The translations under genes and the position numbers were made by a program. Shown here piece after piece: positions 1 to 9,786 of a stretch of 43,412 nucleotides of DNA. Each line of letters starts with the position of its first letter. Position 1 is the stretch's first letter. The notes under the pieces are model-generated. The model ran no database searches, was not told where the DNA came from, and saw only the letters and a list, made by a program, of their open reading frames with translations. Source of the DNA: an uncultured Eubacteriales bacterium (lineage in GTDB: Bacteria; Actinomycetota; Coriobacteriia; Anaerosomatales; JAUVQN01); the NCBI GenBank assembly GCA_964406675.1, contig CAYOSP010000007.1, positions 6,096 through 49,507 on the forward strand, read 5' to 3'.

Positions 1-2
1 AC

Positions 3-911
3 CAGGCGCTCGCCGATCAGGAGGATCTCCAGCGACTCTGCGAGCAGGAACCGATCGAACATCCGGTCGAGGTATTCGGTCCGAACGTCTCGTACGGCTT
101 CGCCTGGACGCTCAAGGCGTACGCGGGGCATCCGCTGGGCCAGCCGGTGAGGGCCGTCATACCGCACGGCGTGTACCTGGACGCGCGGGGGTGGTGCTCG
201 GGCGAGAAGGACTGCAGCCTCAAGGCCGTCCTCAACTATCCTGCCTACCGGGCGCGCGTGTGGCAGGAGGAGACCGACAAGGTCGTAGTGCCCTCCGCGA
301 GTCCCTTCCTCTACGCGCTCGAACTGTTCCACGAGCGGTTCGGGACGCCGGATCCGGGGGAGGGTACGATCTTCTTCACCGCGCACACGGTCAGCGCCAT
401 GCGGACCACGGCGCAGTGGAGTCGGATCGCCGACCAGCTGCTCGAGCTCGACGAGCGCTACCAGCCGGTGACGGTGTGCATGTATCACGTCGACGTGACC
501 AAGCGACTCCACCTCCCGTTCGAGCACCGCGGCATCCCCGTGGTCGCGGCCGGGCACGGCGACGATCCGCGTTTCATCTACCGCTGGCTACATCTGCTCC
601 ACCAGCATCGCTATGCGGCCTCCAACGATCTGGGCAGCGCGGTCTTCTACGCGAACGCGGCCGGCAAGCCGGTCTTCCTGCTCGATGAACTCGCCAGGCA
701 CACGCACGACCCGTCGTTGCATCTCGTCAAGCAGCGTCCGGTCTCAACCCAGGTCCTGCAGACGAAACGTCACCTCACTGAGCTGTTCCGCACACAGGGA
801 GAGGGCCTCGGCGCCGAGTTGCGGGCCGCCGTGGGCTACATGCTCGGGGCCGAGAACCTCAAGACGCCCGACGACTTGCGTGCGGACCTGGAGTACGTGG
901 CGTCGCTCTGA
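3..911 (+). CDS. Hypothetical protein, 5'-truncated by the window edge; possibly surface-polysaccharide associated
   Basis: The frame of ORF 147..911 is open back to nt 3 (QALADQEDLQRLCEQEPIEHPVEVFGPNVSYG...), so the true start lies upstream. Coding-like composition; function is a guess. Confidence 0.6.
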   Translation, partial: QALADQEDLQRLCEQEPIEHPVEVFGPNVSYGFAWTLKAYAGHPLGQPVRAVIPHGVYLDARGWCSGEKDCSLKAVLNYPAYRARVWQEETDKVVVPSASPFLYALELFHERFGTPDPGEGTIFFTAHTVSAMRTTAQWSRIADQLLELDERYQPVTVCMYHVDVTKRLHLPFEHRGIPVVAAGHGDDPRFIYRWLHLLHQHRYAASNDLGSAVFYANAAGKPVFLLDELARHTHDPSLHLVKQRPVSTQVLQTKRHLTELFRTQGEGLGAELRAAVGYMLGAENLKTPDDLRADLEYVASL

Positions 912-951
912 GCGCATCGATCGAACGCCATCTCCATCCGGCTCCCGCACC

Positions 952-1436
952 TCACCAGCCCTGCGTGCCCGGCGCCCCCTTGAACGGTCCGGTCACGTCG
1001 CTGGTGACCCAGCCACCGTAGAAGTGTCCGGGCTGGGGCCGCACCGGTTCGCCGTCCAGCAGGCACTCGACCAGCTGCGGGTAGAACGAGACGTGGTCGG
1101 CGAGCTCGGCGTAGTCGGGATCGGGGTACGTCCACGCCGCGTTGGCGGTCTCCTCGTCGCCGGCGCGCACGGTGAAGTAGGCCGCCTCGCCCTTCCACTC
1201 GCAGTAGGTCGTGTGGTCGGTGGCATCGAGGAGGTCCATGGGCACGTCGCCGGGAGGCAGGTAGTAGGAGGGGGCGAGCGAGGTCTCCATCACCTTGTCG
1301 GCCGGTCGTTCTCCGCGATGGTCACACCGCCGAGACGCACCTCGACGTGGCGCTCGAGCCGCACCGCCTTCGGCGGCCGCGGGTAGTCCCACACCGACTC
1401 CTGTCCGGGTCCGGGTTCGCGCAACTCGGGACTCAT
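952..1436 (-). pseudogene. DUF427-family protein interrupted by a 1-nt frameshift (pseudogene or sequencing error)
   Basis: ATG at 1436 with GGAG upstream gives MSPELREPGPGQESVWDYPRPP...TIAENDRPTR*. The rest (ADKVMETSLAPSYYLP...CEWKGEAAY...FYGGWVT...KGAPGTQGW) is in another frame. One extra G at ~1302-1303 joins them. Confidence 0.75.
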
Positions 1437-1544
1437 GGCGCTCACTCCATCCGCATGGGCGGTCTATGCAGCATGCATACTCGCTCGGTGCATCCGAGAG
1501 ACCTCTCGCCGGCAGCCACACCTCGCGGAAGGCGCACCCGCTGC

Positions 1545-1949
<405 letters not shown>

Positions 1950-1955
1950 CTATGT

Positions 1956-3257
1956 CTATGCGACGAAGTCGGTCTGGACGAAGTCAGGATACGCCCGGTT
2001 CCCGTGTTCGCCGATGTCCAGGCCTTCCATCTCCTCTTCCTCGCTCACCCGCACGCCGATGGTGACCTTGATCGCGTACCAGAGCCCGAGCGAGACCACG
2101 AACACGGTCGCGCCGACCGCGGCGACGCCGATGAACTGGTTGACGAGCAGTTCGGTCCCACCGCCGAAGAACAGGCCGTCGCCGGTCGTGCCCGGGGCGA
2201 TCGCGTCCTGGGCGAAGAGGCCGACGGCGATCGTTCCGAAGATCCCGCCCATGCCGTGCACGACGATCGCGCCGACGGGGTCGTCGATGCGGACCTTGTC
2301 GAGCAGGAGCACGCCGAGCACGATGATCGCGCCGGAGACCGCGCCGATGATCAGCGAACTGCCCATGCCGACGAACGCGCAGCCGGCGGTGATGCCGACG
2401 AGCCCGCCGAGAGCGCCGTTGATGGTCATGCCGATGTCGGGTTTACCGAGCAGGATCCAGCCCAGCGCGGTCGCGGCGAGCGCCCCGGCCGCCGCGGACA
2501 TGTTCGTCGTGACGACGATGTGCGAGATGGCGCCGGGGTCCGCGGCCATCGTGCTGCCCGGGTTGAAGCCGAACCAGCCGAGCCACAGGATGAACGCGCC
2601 CGCGAACGCCGAGGTCATGTTGTGGCCCGGTATCGCGTGCACGCTCCCGTCCTTGCGGTATTTGCCGAGTCGCGGTCCGAGCACGATGACGCCCGCGAGC
2701 GCCGCCCACGCTCCGGTGGAATGCACCACCGTCGAGCCGGCGAAGTCCCAGAAGCCCATCTCGGCGAGCCAGCCGCCGCCCCAGATCCAGTGACCGATCG
2801 TCGGGTACACGAACGCGACGAGCACGGCCGAGAACACGATGAAGGAGATGTACTTGATGCGCTCGGCCACCGCTCCCGACACGATGGTCGCCGCGGTCGC
2901 GGCGAACACGAGCTGGAAGAAGAACTTGGCCTGCAGCGGTATGCCCGCCCAGCCGATGGCGGAGTAGGCGCCCTGGTAAGCCTCGCCGACGGCGGGGCTG
3001 TTGTCCGCTCCGCCGAGGAAGAACAGTCCCTGGGCGCCGAACAGGCCGTTGCCGTCTCCGAACATCAGGCCCCAGCCCACCGCGAAGAACGCGATCGTGG
3101 CGATGGCGAACACCACGAAGTTCTTCGAGATGATGTTGACCGTGTTCTTGGCTCGAGCGAACCCGGACTCGACCAGCCCGAAGCCGAGGTTCATGAAGAA
3201 CACGAGCATCCCGGCGATGACCACCCAGAGGGTGTCGAGTACGACGGGAGTGTCCAT
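1956..3257 (-). CDS. amtB: Ammonium transporter
   Basis: Multi-TM protein with FQLVFAA, SGAVAER, DFAGSTVVH, WFGFNPGS, DDPVGAIVVHG and GLDIGEHG motifs. Confidence 0.97.
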   Translation of the reverse strand: MDTPVVLDTLWVVIAGMLVFFMNLGFGLVESGFARAKNTVNIISKNFVVFAIATIAFFAVGWGLMFGDGNGLFGAQGLFFLGGADNSPAVGEAYQGAYSAIGWAGIPLQAKFFFQLVFAATAATIVSGAVAERIKYISFIVFSAVLVAFVYPTIGHWIWGGGWLAEMGFWDFAGSTVVHSTGAWAALAGVIVLGPRLGKYRKDGSVHAIPGHNMTSAFAGAFILWLGWFGFNPGSTMAADPGAISHIVVTTNMSAAAGALAATALGWILLGKPDIGMTINGALGGLVGITAGCAFVGMGSSLIIGAVSGAIIVLGVLLLDKVRIDDPVGAIVVHGMGGIFGTIAVGLFAQDAIAPGTTGDGLFFGGGTELLVNQFIGVAAVGATVFVVSLGLWYAIKVTIGVRVSEEEEMEGLDIGEHGNRAYPDFVQTDFVA

Positions 3258-3350
3258 GCGCTGCCTCCTTCTCCTATATCCGGACCGACATGCGCTCGAC
3301 GCACGTCGGCCGCGTAGCCGTCATCCACGGAAGCAGGATGCGGTCGCTAG

Positions 3351-3377
3351 GTTTCGGAAGCGTTTCTCGCTCGTGAA
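3351..3377 (-). promoter_or_regulatory. Putative GlnR-type operator upstream of amtB-glnK
   Basis: Minus strand reads TTCAC-n6-GAAAC-n6-GAAAC (11-bp period), resembling the actinobacterial GlnR box gTnAc-n6-GaAAc, ~95 nt upstream of amtB. Confidence 0.6.
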
Positions 3378-3433
3378 AGGGTGGTTGCGGTCGCGCGAGG
3401 GTCAAGACGCTGCCGCTCTGCTATCGTCACCGG

Positions 3434-4408
3434 GTGGCGACTCAGCGGACCGACGGGAAGGAGCGCGTCCACGTGCATCGCACCATCCCCGACTTCTTCA
3501 TCGTGGGGCAGGCGAAGTCCGGCACCACCGCGCTCTTCGACTTCCTGGGCCGACACCCGGACGTGTTCACATGCCTGCCCAAGGAGCCGCACTTCTTCTG
3601 CGGCGACCTGCACGAGGAGAGCGATCGCTTCTTCGGCAAGAGGAAGTGGTTCGAGTTCCGGACGCTCGACGAGTACCTGCGGATCTTCGACGGCGCCGAG
3701 GGGCACGCCGCTGCCGGTGAGGCGTCCGTCCACTACATCTACTCACAGACCTCCGCCGAGGAGATCGCCGCGTTCAACCCCGACGCCAGGATCATCATCA
3801 TGATCCGCGAGCCGGTCTCGTTCCTGCACTCGCTGTTCGTGCAGAAGCGCAACGAGACGGTGGAGACCCTCGAGACGCTCGGGGAAGCGCTCGAGGCCGA
3901 GCCCGAGCGGAAGCGCGGCAGACACCTGAACGACCGCGTCCGGTTCCCCTCGGTGCTCTATTACTCCGAGCGCGTGAGGTACGCGGAGCAGATCCGACGC
4001 TTCACCGAACGTTTCCCCGAGGAGCGTATCCGGATCATCCTGTTCGACGACTTCAAGGCCGACAACGAGCGGGTCTATCGGGAGACCGCTCGATTCCTGG
4101 GGGTCGATCCGTCGTTCACGCCCGATTTCCAGCTCGTCAACGCCGCCAAGGCGCCCCGGTCCGAGTTGCTCAACCGCATCGTCCGCTCGTCGGGTCCTCG
4201 CCGCCGGCTCAAGGCGATGCTCCCCACGTCGGTGTACGAGCCGCTGCAGATGCGCGTGCAGCGTCTCATCATGAAGGACGCGGAGAAGCCGACCCTGTCC
4301 GCCGAGACGAGACGCGAGCTCGAGCGCAGGTTCGCCCCGGAGGTCGAGGCGTGCGGCGACCTGCTGGGGACGGACCTGCTCACCCGGTGGGGCTACCGCG
4401 ACCTCTGA
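3434..4408 (+). CDS. PAPS-dependent sulfotransferase family protein
   Basis: 5'-PSB PDFFIVGQAKSGTT, KEPHFF, GEASVHY, 3'-PB IREPVSFLHS. Extended -10 TGcTATCGT ends 6 nt before the GTG (leaderless). Confidence 0.9.
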   Translation: MATQRTDGKERVHVHRTIPDFFIVGQAKSGTTALFDFLGRHPDVFTCLPKEPHFFCGDLHEESDRFFGKRKWFEFRTLDEYLRIFDGAEGHAAAGEASVHYIYSQTSAEEIAAFNPDARIIIMIREPVSFLHSLFVQKRNETVETLETLGEALEAEPERKRGRHLNDRVRFPSVLYYSERVRYAEQIRRFTERFPEERIRIILFDDFKADNERVYRETARFLGVDPSFTPDFQLVNAAKAPRSELLNRIVRSSGPRRRLKAMLPTSVYEPLQMRVQRLIMKDAEKPTLSAETRRELERRFAPEVEACGDLLGTDLLTRWGYRDL

Positions 4409-4462
4409 GTCCGGGTCCGCCGTCCGGGTCCGCCGTCCGAGCTCGTGCTCGTCCCTCGCCCT

Positions 4463-5884
4463 TCAGTCGGCCGTGGGCCAGCCGCCGTCGGAGGGCGGCC
4501 TGACGGACCGCTTCGCCGCACGGTTCTCGTCCCGTTCCGCCATGGACAGGTAGTCTCGCTCCATCGCGACGCTCTTGTAGGCGGGACGGATCATCTTGCC
4601 GCCGTTGGCGACCTCCTCGATCCGGTGCGCGCTCCACCCGGCGATGCGGGCCATCGCGAACAGCGGCGTGTAGAGCTCCGGCGGGATCTCGAGCAGTCTG
4701 TACAGGAACCCCGAGTAGAAGTCGACGTTGGCGCTCACTCCCTTGTACACCTTGTGCACCTTGGCGATGACCTCGGGCGCGAGGCGCTCGACGCGCTCGT
4801 AGAGCTGGTACTCGTCCTCGAGCCCCTTCTCTCGTGCGAGTCGCTTGACCTGCGTCTTCAGGATCTCGGAGCGAGGGTCGGAGACGGAGTAGACGGCATG
4901 GCCCATCCCGTAGATGAGCCCGCTGCGGTCGAACGCCTCGCCCCGGGCGAGCCGGTGTAGGTAGTCCTCGATCATCGCGTCGTCCGACCAGTCGGCGACG
5001 TGTTGTTTCAGGTCCTCGAACATCCTCAGCACTCGGATGTTCGCGCCGCCGTGTCTGGGCCCCTTGAGGGAGGCGAGCGCGGCCGCCATCGTGCTGTACG
5101 TGTCGGTCCCGCTCGACGTCACCACGTGCGTGACGAACGTCGAGTTGTTGCCGCCGCCGTGCTCGGCGTGCACGGCGAGGGCGAGGTCGAGCAGCCGGGC
5201 CTCCAGCGGCGTGTACTCGCTGTCGTGCCGGAGCATGTGCAGGAAGTTCTCGGCGACGGAGAGGCCGGGGACGGGTGAGTGGATCACCAGGCTGCGACGC
5301 TTGTGCCTGTGCGCGTACGCCTGATAGGCGTAGGTGAGGAGCAGCGGGAACGCGGCGATGAGGTGCATGCACTGCAGCATCACGCTGCGAAGGCTCGTGT
5401 CCTCCGCTTCGTCGTCGTAGATGTAGAGCGCCAGTATCGCGCGCGATATGGAGTTCATGATGTCGCGGCCGGGCATGTCGAGGATCGCGTTGTGGACGAA
5501 GCCCGGCGGCATGGTGCGGTACGAGTCGAGCAGTTCCTGGAAGCGGTCAAGCTCCTCGTCGTTCGGCAGCTCGCCGAACAGGAGCAGGTAGCAGACCTCC
5601 TCGAAGCCGAACCGGTCCTCGTCGAGGAAGCCGTGGACGATGTGGTCGAGGTCGTAGCCGCGATAGATCAGGTGCCCCTCCGTGGGGACGGGTTCTCCGT
5701 CGCGGAGTTCGTAGGCTCGTACGTCGCCGACGTGGGTGAGGCCGGCGAGGACGCCGCGGCCGGTGCGTTCGCGAAGGCCGCGCTTCACGTCGAAGCGGTC
5801 GTAGAGTTCCTCGTCGATCTGACTGTTGTGTTCGGCGAGCCCGGCGAGCCGGTCCAGCCAATCGTCTTCGAGTTCGAAGGGCAT
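4463..5884 (-). CDS. gltA: Citrate synthase (citrate/2-methylcitrate synthase family)
   Basis: [45 protein letters not shown]. Confidence 0.92.
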   Translation of the reverse strand: MPFELEDDWLDRLAGLAEHNSQIDEELYDRFDVKRGLRERTGRGVLAGLTHVGDVRAYELRDGEPVPTEGHLIYRGYDLDHIVHGFLDEDRFGFEEVCYLLLFGELPNDEELDRFQELLDSYRTMPPGFVHNAILDMPGRDIMNSISRAILALYIYDDEAEDTSLRSVMLQCMHLIAAFPLLLTYAYQAYAHRHKRRSLVIHSPVPGLSVAENFLHMLRHDSEYTPLEARLLDLALAVHAEHGGGNNSTFVTHVVTSSGTDTYSTMAAALASLKGPRHGGANIRVLRMFEDLKQHVADWSDDAMIEDYLHRLARGEAFDRSGLIYGMGHAVYSVSDPRSEILKTQVKRLAREKGLEDEYQLYERVERLAPEVIAKVHKVYKGVSANVDFYSGFLYRLLEIPPELYTPLFAMARIAGWSAHRIEEVANGGKMIRPAYKSVAMERDYLSMAERDENRAAKRSVRPPSDGGWPTAD

Positions 5885-5955
5885 GCGGATCTCCCTGGGG
5901 TACGCGTGACGGACCCCCCGATTGTAGCGTGTCCGTTCGCTGGTACACTCCGCGC

Positions 5956-8043
5956 ATGCTCATCTCTCTGCGTGACGTCTCCAAGTCGATAGGCGAGCGG
6001 ACCCTGTTCCGCGACGTCGACCTGCGTGTGGGCGAGGGCGACCGCATCGCGCTCGTGGGGGCGAACGGCTCGGGCAAGACGACGCTGCTCGACATCGCCG
6101 CGGGGCTGCAGATGCCGGACGACGGCGTCATCGAGCGCCGCAAGGACGTGACGGTCGGCTACCTGCGACAGCAGGCCGGCGACCTCTCGGGAGACACCGT
6201 GCTCGACTCGACGGTCGCCTCCGCGGAGGACGTCGGCGAGCTCGAGGACAGGCTCGCGCAACTCGAGACCGCGATGGAGCGGCTCGGCCGGAGCGACCCG
6301 GAGGGGGAAGAGCTCGAGGGTGTCCTGCGCACGTACGGGCGGACCCGGGAACGCTACGAGCGCATGGGCGGGTACACGCTCGAGGCCCAGGCCCGCACGA
6401 TCCTCACCGGCCTCGGCTTCGCCGAGGAGGACATGGACCGGCCCACCGAGGAGTTCTCGGGCGGCTGGGCGATGCGCCTCTCGCTCGCGAAGGTCCTCCT
6501 GCGGGGACCCGACCTGCTGCTGCTGGACGAGCCCACCAACCACCTCGACCTCGAGTCGCTGCGGTGGCTGGAGTCGTTCCTCGCCTCCTACGACGGCGCC
6601 CTCCTCCTCGTGAGCCACGACCGGGCGTTCCTCGACGCGCTGGTGAAACGTGTCGTCGAGTTGGAGATGGGGCGGGCGACCCACTATGCGGGGAACTACT
6701 CGCACTACGAGCGAGAGAGGGTCGCGGTCCGAGAGCGGCTCGAGCAGGCGCACAAGCAGCAGCAGCGCGAGATCGAGGCGACCGAGGGCTTCATCGAGCG
6801 GTTCCGCTACAAGAGCACCAAGGCGCGTCAGGTGCAGAGCCGCGTCAAGGCGCTCGACAGGATGGAGCGCATCCAGCTGCCGCCCGAGCGCAAGCGGGTG
6901 CGCTTCCGGTTCCCGCAGCCCCGGCGCACCGGCAAGGAGGTCGCCGTGCTCGAGCGCGTGCGCAAGGCGTACGGCGAGCACGTCGTGTACGACTCGCTCG
7001 ACCTGACCGTGTACCGGGGCGACAGGGTGGCGCTCGTCGGGCCCAACGGCGCGGGCAAGTCCACGCTCCTCAAGCTGATCGCGGGCGTGATCGAACCCGA
7101 CGGCGGCGACGTCCGGCTCGGACACCACGTGAGCGTCGGCTACTTCGCGCAGCGGCAGAGCGAAGCGCTCGATGACGGCAAGACCGTGCTGGAGGAGCTC
7201 GAGACGGTCACCGAAGGCTGGAAGGATGCCGAGCGCCGCAGACTCGCGGGCGCGTTCCTCTTCGAGGGCCTCGACGTCGAGAAGAAGGTGCGCGTGCTCT
7301 CCGGCGGCGAGCGTGCGAAGGTCGCCCTCGCCAAGATGCTCGCCGAGCCCGCCTCGCTCCTGTGCGTCGACGAGCCCACCAACCACCTCGACATCGCGAG
7401 TCGTGACGTGCTCGAGCAGGCGCTCGACGCGTACACGGGGGCGCTCGTGCTCATCACGCACGACCGGCACCTCATGCGGGCGGTGGCGAACAAGATCATC
7501 GAGGTGGTCGACGGTCGGCTCACGGTCTTCGAGGGCGACTACGACTACTACCTGTTCAAGCGCGAGCGGATGGGGGAGGAGGGCGCCGACGGGCAGGCGC
7601 CTCGGGTGCGCACGGTGGCGGGACCCGCTACCGGCGTGGGAGGCGCCGGGGTGGCGGCCGTCGGCGCGGAGGAAGCGGGGGGCCGCTCTCCCGATGGGGC
7701 GGCGGGCGGCTCGGCGAACGGCTCGACGGGCGGGCCCGAGTCCGGTCCCAAATCGAAGGAGCGCAAGCGCGCGGAAGCCGAGGCGCGCGAGGCGCTCTCT
7801 CGCGCCACCCGAGAGCACCGGGACGCGCTCGCCGCGCTCGATGTCGAGATCGGCCGGCTGACCGGGCGGAAGAGCGAACTCGAGCGCATGCTCGCGGATG
7901 AGGAGACGTATTCGCAGCGCGACGACTTCGGCGACCTCGTGGCCGAGTACGGGAACGTGCGCGAGCGGCTCGATGAGGCCGAAGAGCGGTGGCTCGAGCA
8001 TTCGGCGGCCATAGAGCGCATCCGCTTCCCCGACCGGCGATGA
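5956..8043 (+). CDS. ABC-F family ribosome-associated ATPase with C-terminal coiled coil
   Basis: Two ABC domains ([23 protein letters not shown] and [23 protein letters not shown]), no TM segments. Start chosen from TGgTACACT ending 6 nt before the ATG. Confidence 0.93.
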   Translation: MLISLRDVSKSIGERTLFRDVDLRVGEGDRIALVGANGSGKTTLLDIAAGLQMPDDGVIERRKDVTVGYLRQQAGDLSGDTVLDSTVASAEDVGELEDRLAQLETAMERLGRSDPEGEELEGVLRTYGRTRERYERMGGYTLEAQARTILTGLGFAEEDMDRPTEEFSGGWAMRLSLAKVLLRGPDLLLLDEPTNHLDLESLRWLESFLASYDGALLLVSHDRAFLDALVKRVVELEMGRATHYAGNYSHYERERVAVRERLEQAHKQQQREIEATEGFIERFRYKSTKARQVQSRVKALDRMERIQLPPERKRVRFRFPQPRRTGKEVAVLERVRKAYGEHVVYDSLDLTVYRGDRVALVGPNGAGKSTLLKLIAGVIEPDGGDVRLGHHVSVGYFAQRQSEALDDGKTVLEELETVTEGWKDAERRRLAGAFLFEGLDVEKKVRVLSGGERAKVALAKMLAEPASLLCVDEPTNHLDIASRDVLEQALDAYTGALVLITHDRHLMRAVANKIIEVVDGRLTVFEGDYDYYLFKRERMGEEGADGQAPRVRTVAGPATGVGGAGVAAVGAEEAGGRSPDGAAGGSANGSTGGPESGPKSKERKRAEAEAREALSRATREHRDALAALDVEIGRLTGRKSELERMLADEETYSQRDDFGDLVAEYGNVRERLDEAEERWLEHSAAIERIRFPDRR

Positions 8044-8101
8044 GCCCGCCAGGGGTCCCGCCGCGGTCTCACTCGTCGCCTCGTCGCGGTATGCTCCTCC
8101 C

Positions 8102-8932
8102 ATGGATGAAGCGACTCAGGACCACGCGCCGTTCGCGCTCGCGCTCGGCAGCGGGAGCGCGCGGGGTTTCGCGCACATAGGCGTGCTCGCCGAGCTCGGG
8201 TCCGCCGGCTTCATACCGGACCTGATCACGGGCTCGAGCATCGGCGCGGTGGCGGGGGCCTTCTACTCCGCGGGGTACTCCGCCTCCGACCTGATCGAGG
8301 TGTCGCGGACACTGCAGCTTCGCCGGCTGTTCCCCATGGCGGACCTGCAGTTCGTCAGCGCCTTCGTGAGTGGTGACGGGATCGAGGCGTTCCTGCGCGC
8401 GCATCTCCCGCCCCGATTCGAGGACCTGGAGCGTCCGTTCGCCTGCGTGTCCAGCGATCTGCTGACCGGATCGCGGATCCTTCACACCGACGGGGACCTC
8501 GTCGAGGCGATCATGGGCAGCATCTCCATCCCGGTCATCTTCCCGCCGGTGGAGGTCGGGGACCGGCTTCTCGCCGACGGCGGACTCACGGAGCCGGTAC
8601 CCGTCGAAGCGGCGAAGGAGCGAGGCGCCGAGAAGGTCGTCGCCGTCACCCTCACGGGGGTCCGGTCGCGCATACGCAACGGTCGCGAGCAGGGGCTGCT
8701 CGATCGCTTCGGTCCCACGCGGCTGCAGATCGGTCTCACCGCCGCGGAGGTGATGCAGCGCCGCATCTCGCTGCGGGCGCTCGAGATGGCCGACGTGGTC
8801 ATCGCTCCCGATGTGATCGGGTTCAGCCAACTCGCCTTGGCCGACCGCCCGCCGCTGATCGCGCGGGGGCGGGAAGCCGCACGCGAGGCGCTGCCCGACC
8901 TCGAGGCGTCGTTGCGCGCCACGTCGGGCTGA
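8102..8932 (+). CDS. Patatin-like phospholipase
   Basis: LALGSGSARG oxyanion loop, GSSIG nucleophile elbow, DGG catalytic Asp. Confidence 0.92.
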   Translation: MDEATQDHAPFALALGSGSARGFAHIGVLAELGSAGFIPDLITGSSIGAVAGAFYSAGYSASDLIEVSRTLQLRRLFPMADLQFVSAFVSGDGIEAFLRAHLPPRFEDLERPFACVSSDLLTGSRILHTDGDLVEAIMGSISIPVIFPPVEVGDRLLADGGLTEPVPVEAAKERGAEKVVAVTLTGVRSRIRNGREQGLLDRFGPTRLQIGLTAAEVMQRRISLRALEMADVVIAPDVIGFSQLALADRPPLIARGREAAREALPDLEASLRATSG

Positions 8933-9004
8933 CGTTCTCGGGATCGTCCTGATCGCTGCGAGGGCGTGCCACGGGGTCTCCCCGGGATGACGCGGCCCTA
9001 GCCT

Positions 9005-9571
9005 CTACCGCTCACCGGGGTGTCTCGCCGCGAGCGCTAGGGCGACCGTCATGAGACCCGTGACGATCGCGAGTGCTCCGAGGACCCACGACGCCGTGAT
9101 GATCGCGGGGAGCGGGCGCGTCACGATGAAGACCCCCGCGAGCGTGATGAGCAGGCCGCGGAGCACATGCCAGCCCCAGGTCGGGAGCCGACGTCTGCCG
9201 GTCCAGCCGACCAGCGTGTCCGCCACGCCCCAGACGAGCACCGCGAATCCCACCAGGATCACGAACACCGAGGCCACGAACTCGGGGAAGAGCAGCGCGG
9301 CGAGACCGATGCAGACGGCGATCATCGCGCCGATGACCGGCAGGAGGGCGAGGCCGCGCAGCTGTCGTCGGGCCGTGACCGCCGCCGCGCCCTGCAGCGC
9401 ACCCGCGGCCAACGAGACCCAGCCGAACGCCATGACCATGAGCGAGGCCGTCAACTCGGGCGCCATCACCAGCACGAGGCCGAAGACCACCAGGGCTGCG
9501 CCCCATACGGCGAACGGCCACCATACGCGGCGATAGGTACTCGGATCCGAGCCGTATACGACTATCGGCAT
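9005..9571 (-). CDS. DUF308/HdeD-like membrane protein
   Basis: About six short TM helices in repeated hairpins; ATG 9571 preceded by GGAAGGAGG. Confidence 0.75.
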   Translation of the reverse strand: MPIVVYGSDPSTYRRVWWPFAVWGAALVVFGLVLVMAPELTASLMVMAFGWVSLAAGALQGAAAVTARRQLRGLALLPVIGAMIAVCIGLAALLFPEFVASVFVILVGFAVLVWGVADTLVGWTGRRRLPTWGWHVLRGLLITLAGVFIVTRPLPAIITASWVLGALAIVTGLMTVALALAARHPGER

Positions 9572-9786
9572 GCGCCCTCCTTCCTCGCGGAGACCCCTGG
9601 CGGTACGCGACGACGAACCGATGCGACGTCGGTCCCGCCTCCGGCCGCCTCCGGCCGCCTCCGTCGGGACATCCATGCGCGCAACGGACATACTCGTATG
9701 CGAAGCTTACGTCCGAGACTGCGTTCGTGACCGCGTCCGGCTGTGGTCCGCGGGTCCGGATACCGCCTCGAAAGGGATGATGCCCC

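Noticed and set aside
4409-4439. 13-bp tandem repeat GTCCGGGTCCGCC between convergent genes
   Set aside because: Only ~2.4 copies with no spacers; not a CRISPR array or recognisable element.
7590-7760. Gly/Ala-rich stretch in the ABC-F protein
   Set aside because: Low-complexity linker before the usual C-terminal coiled coil; length variation here is common.
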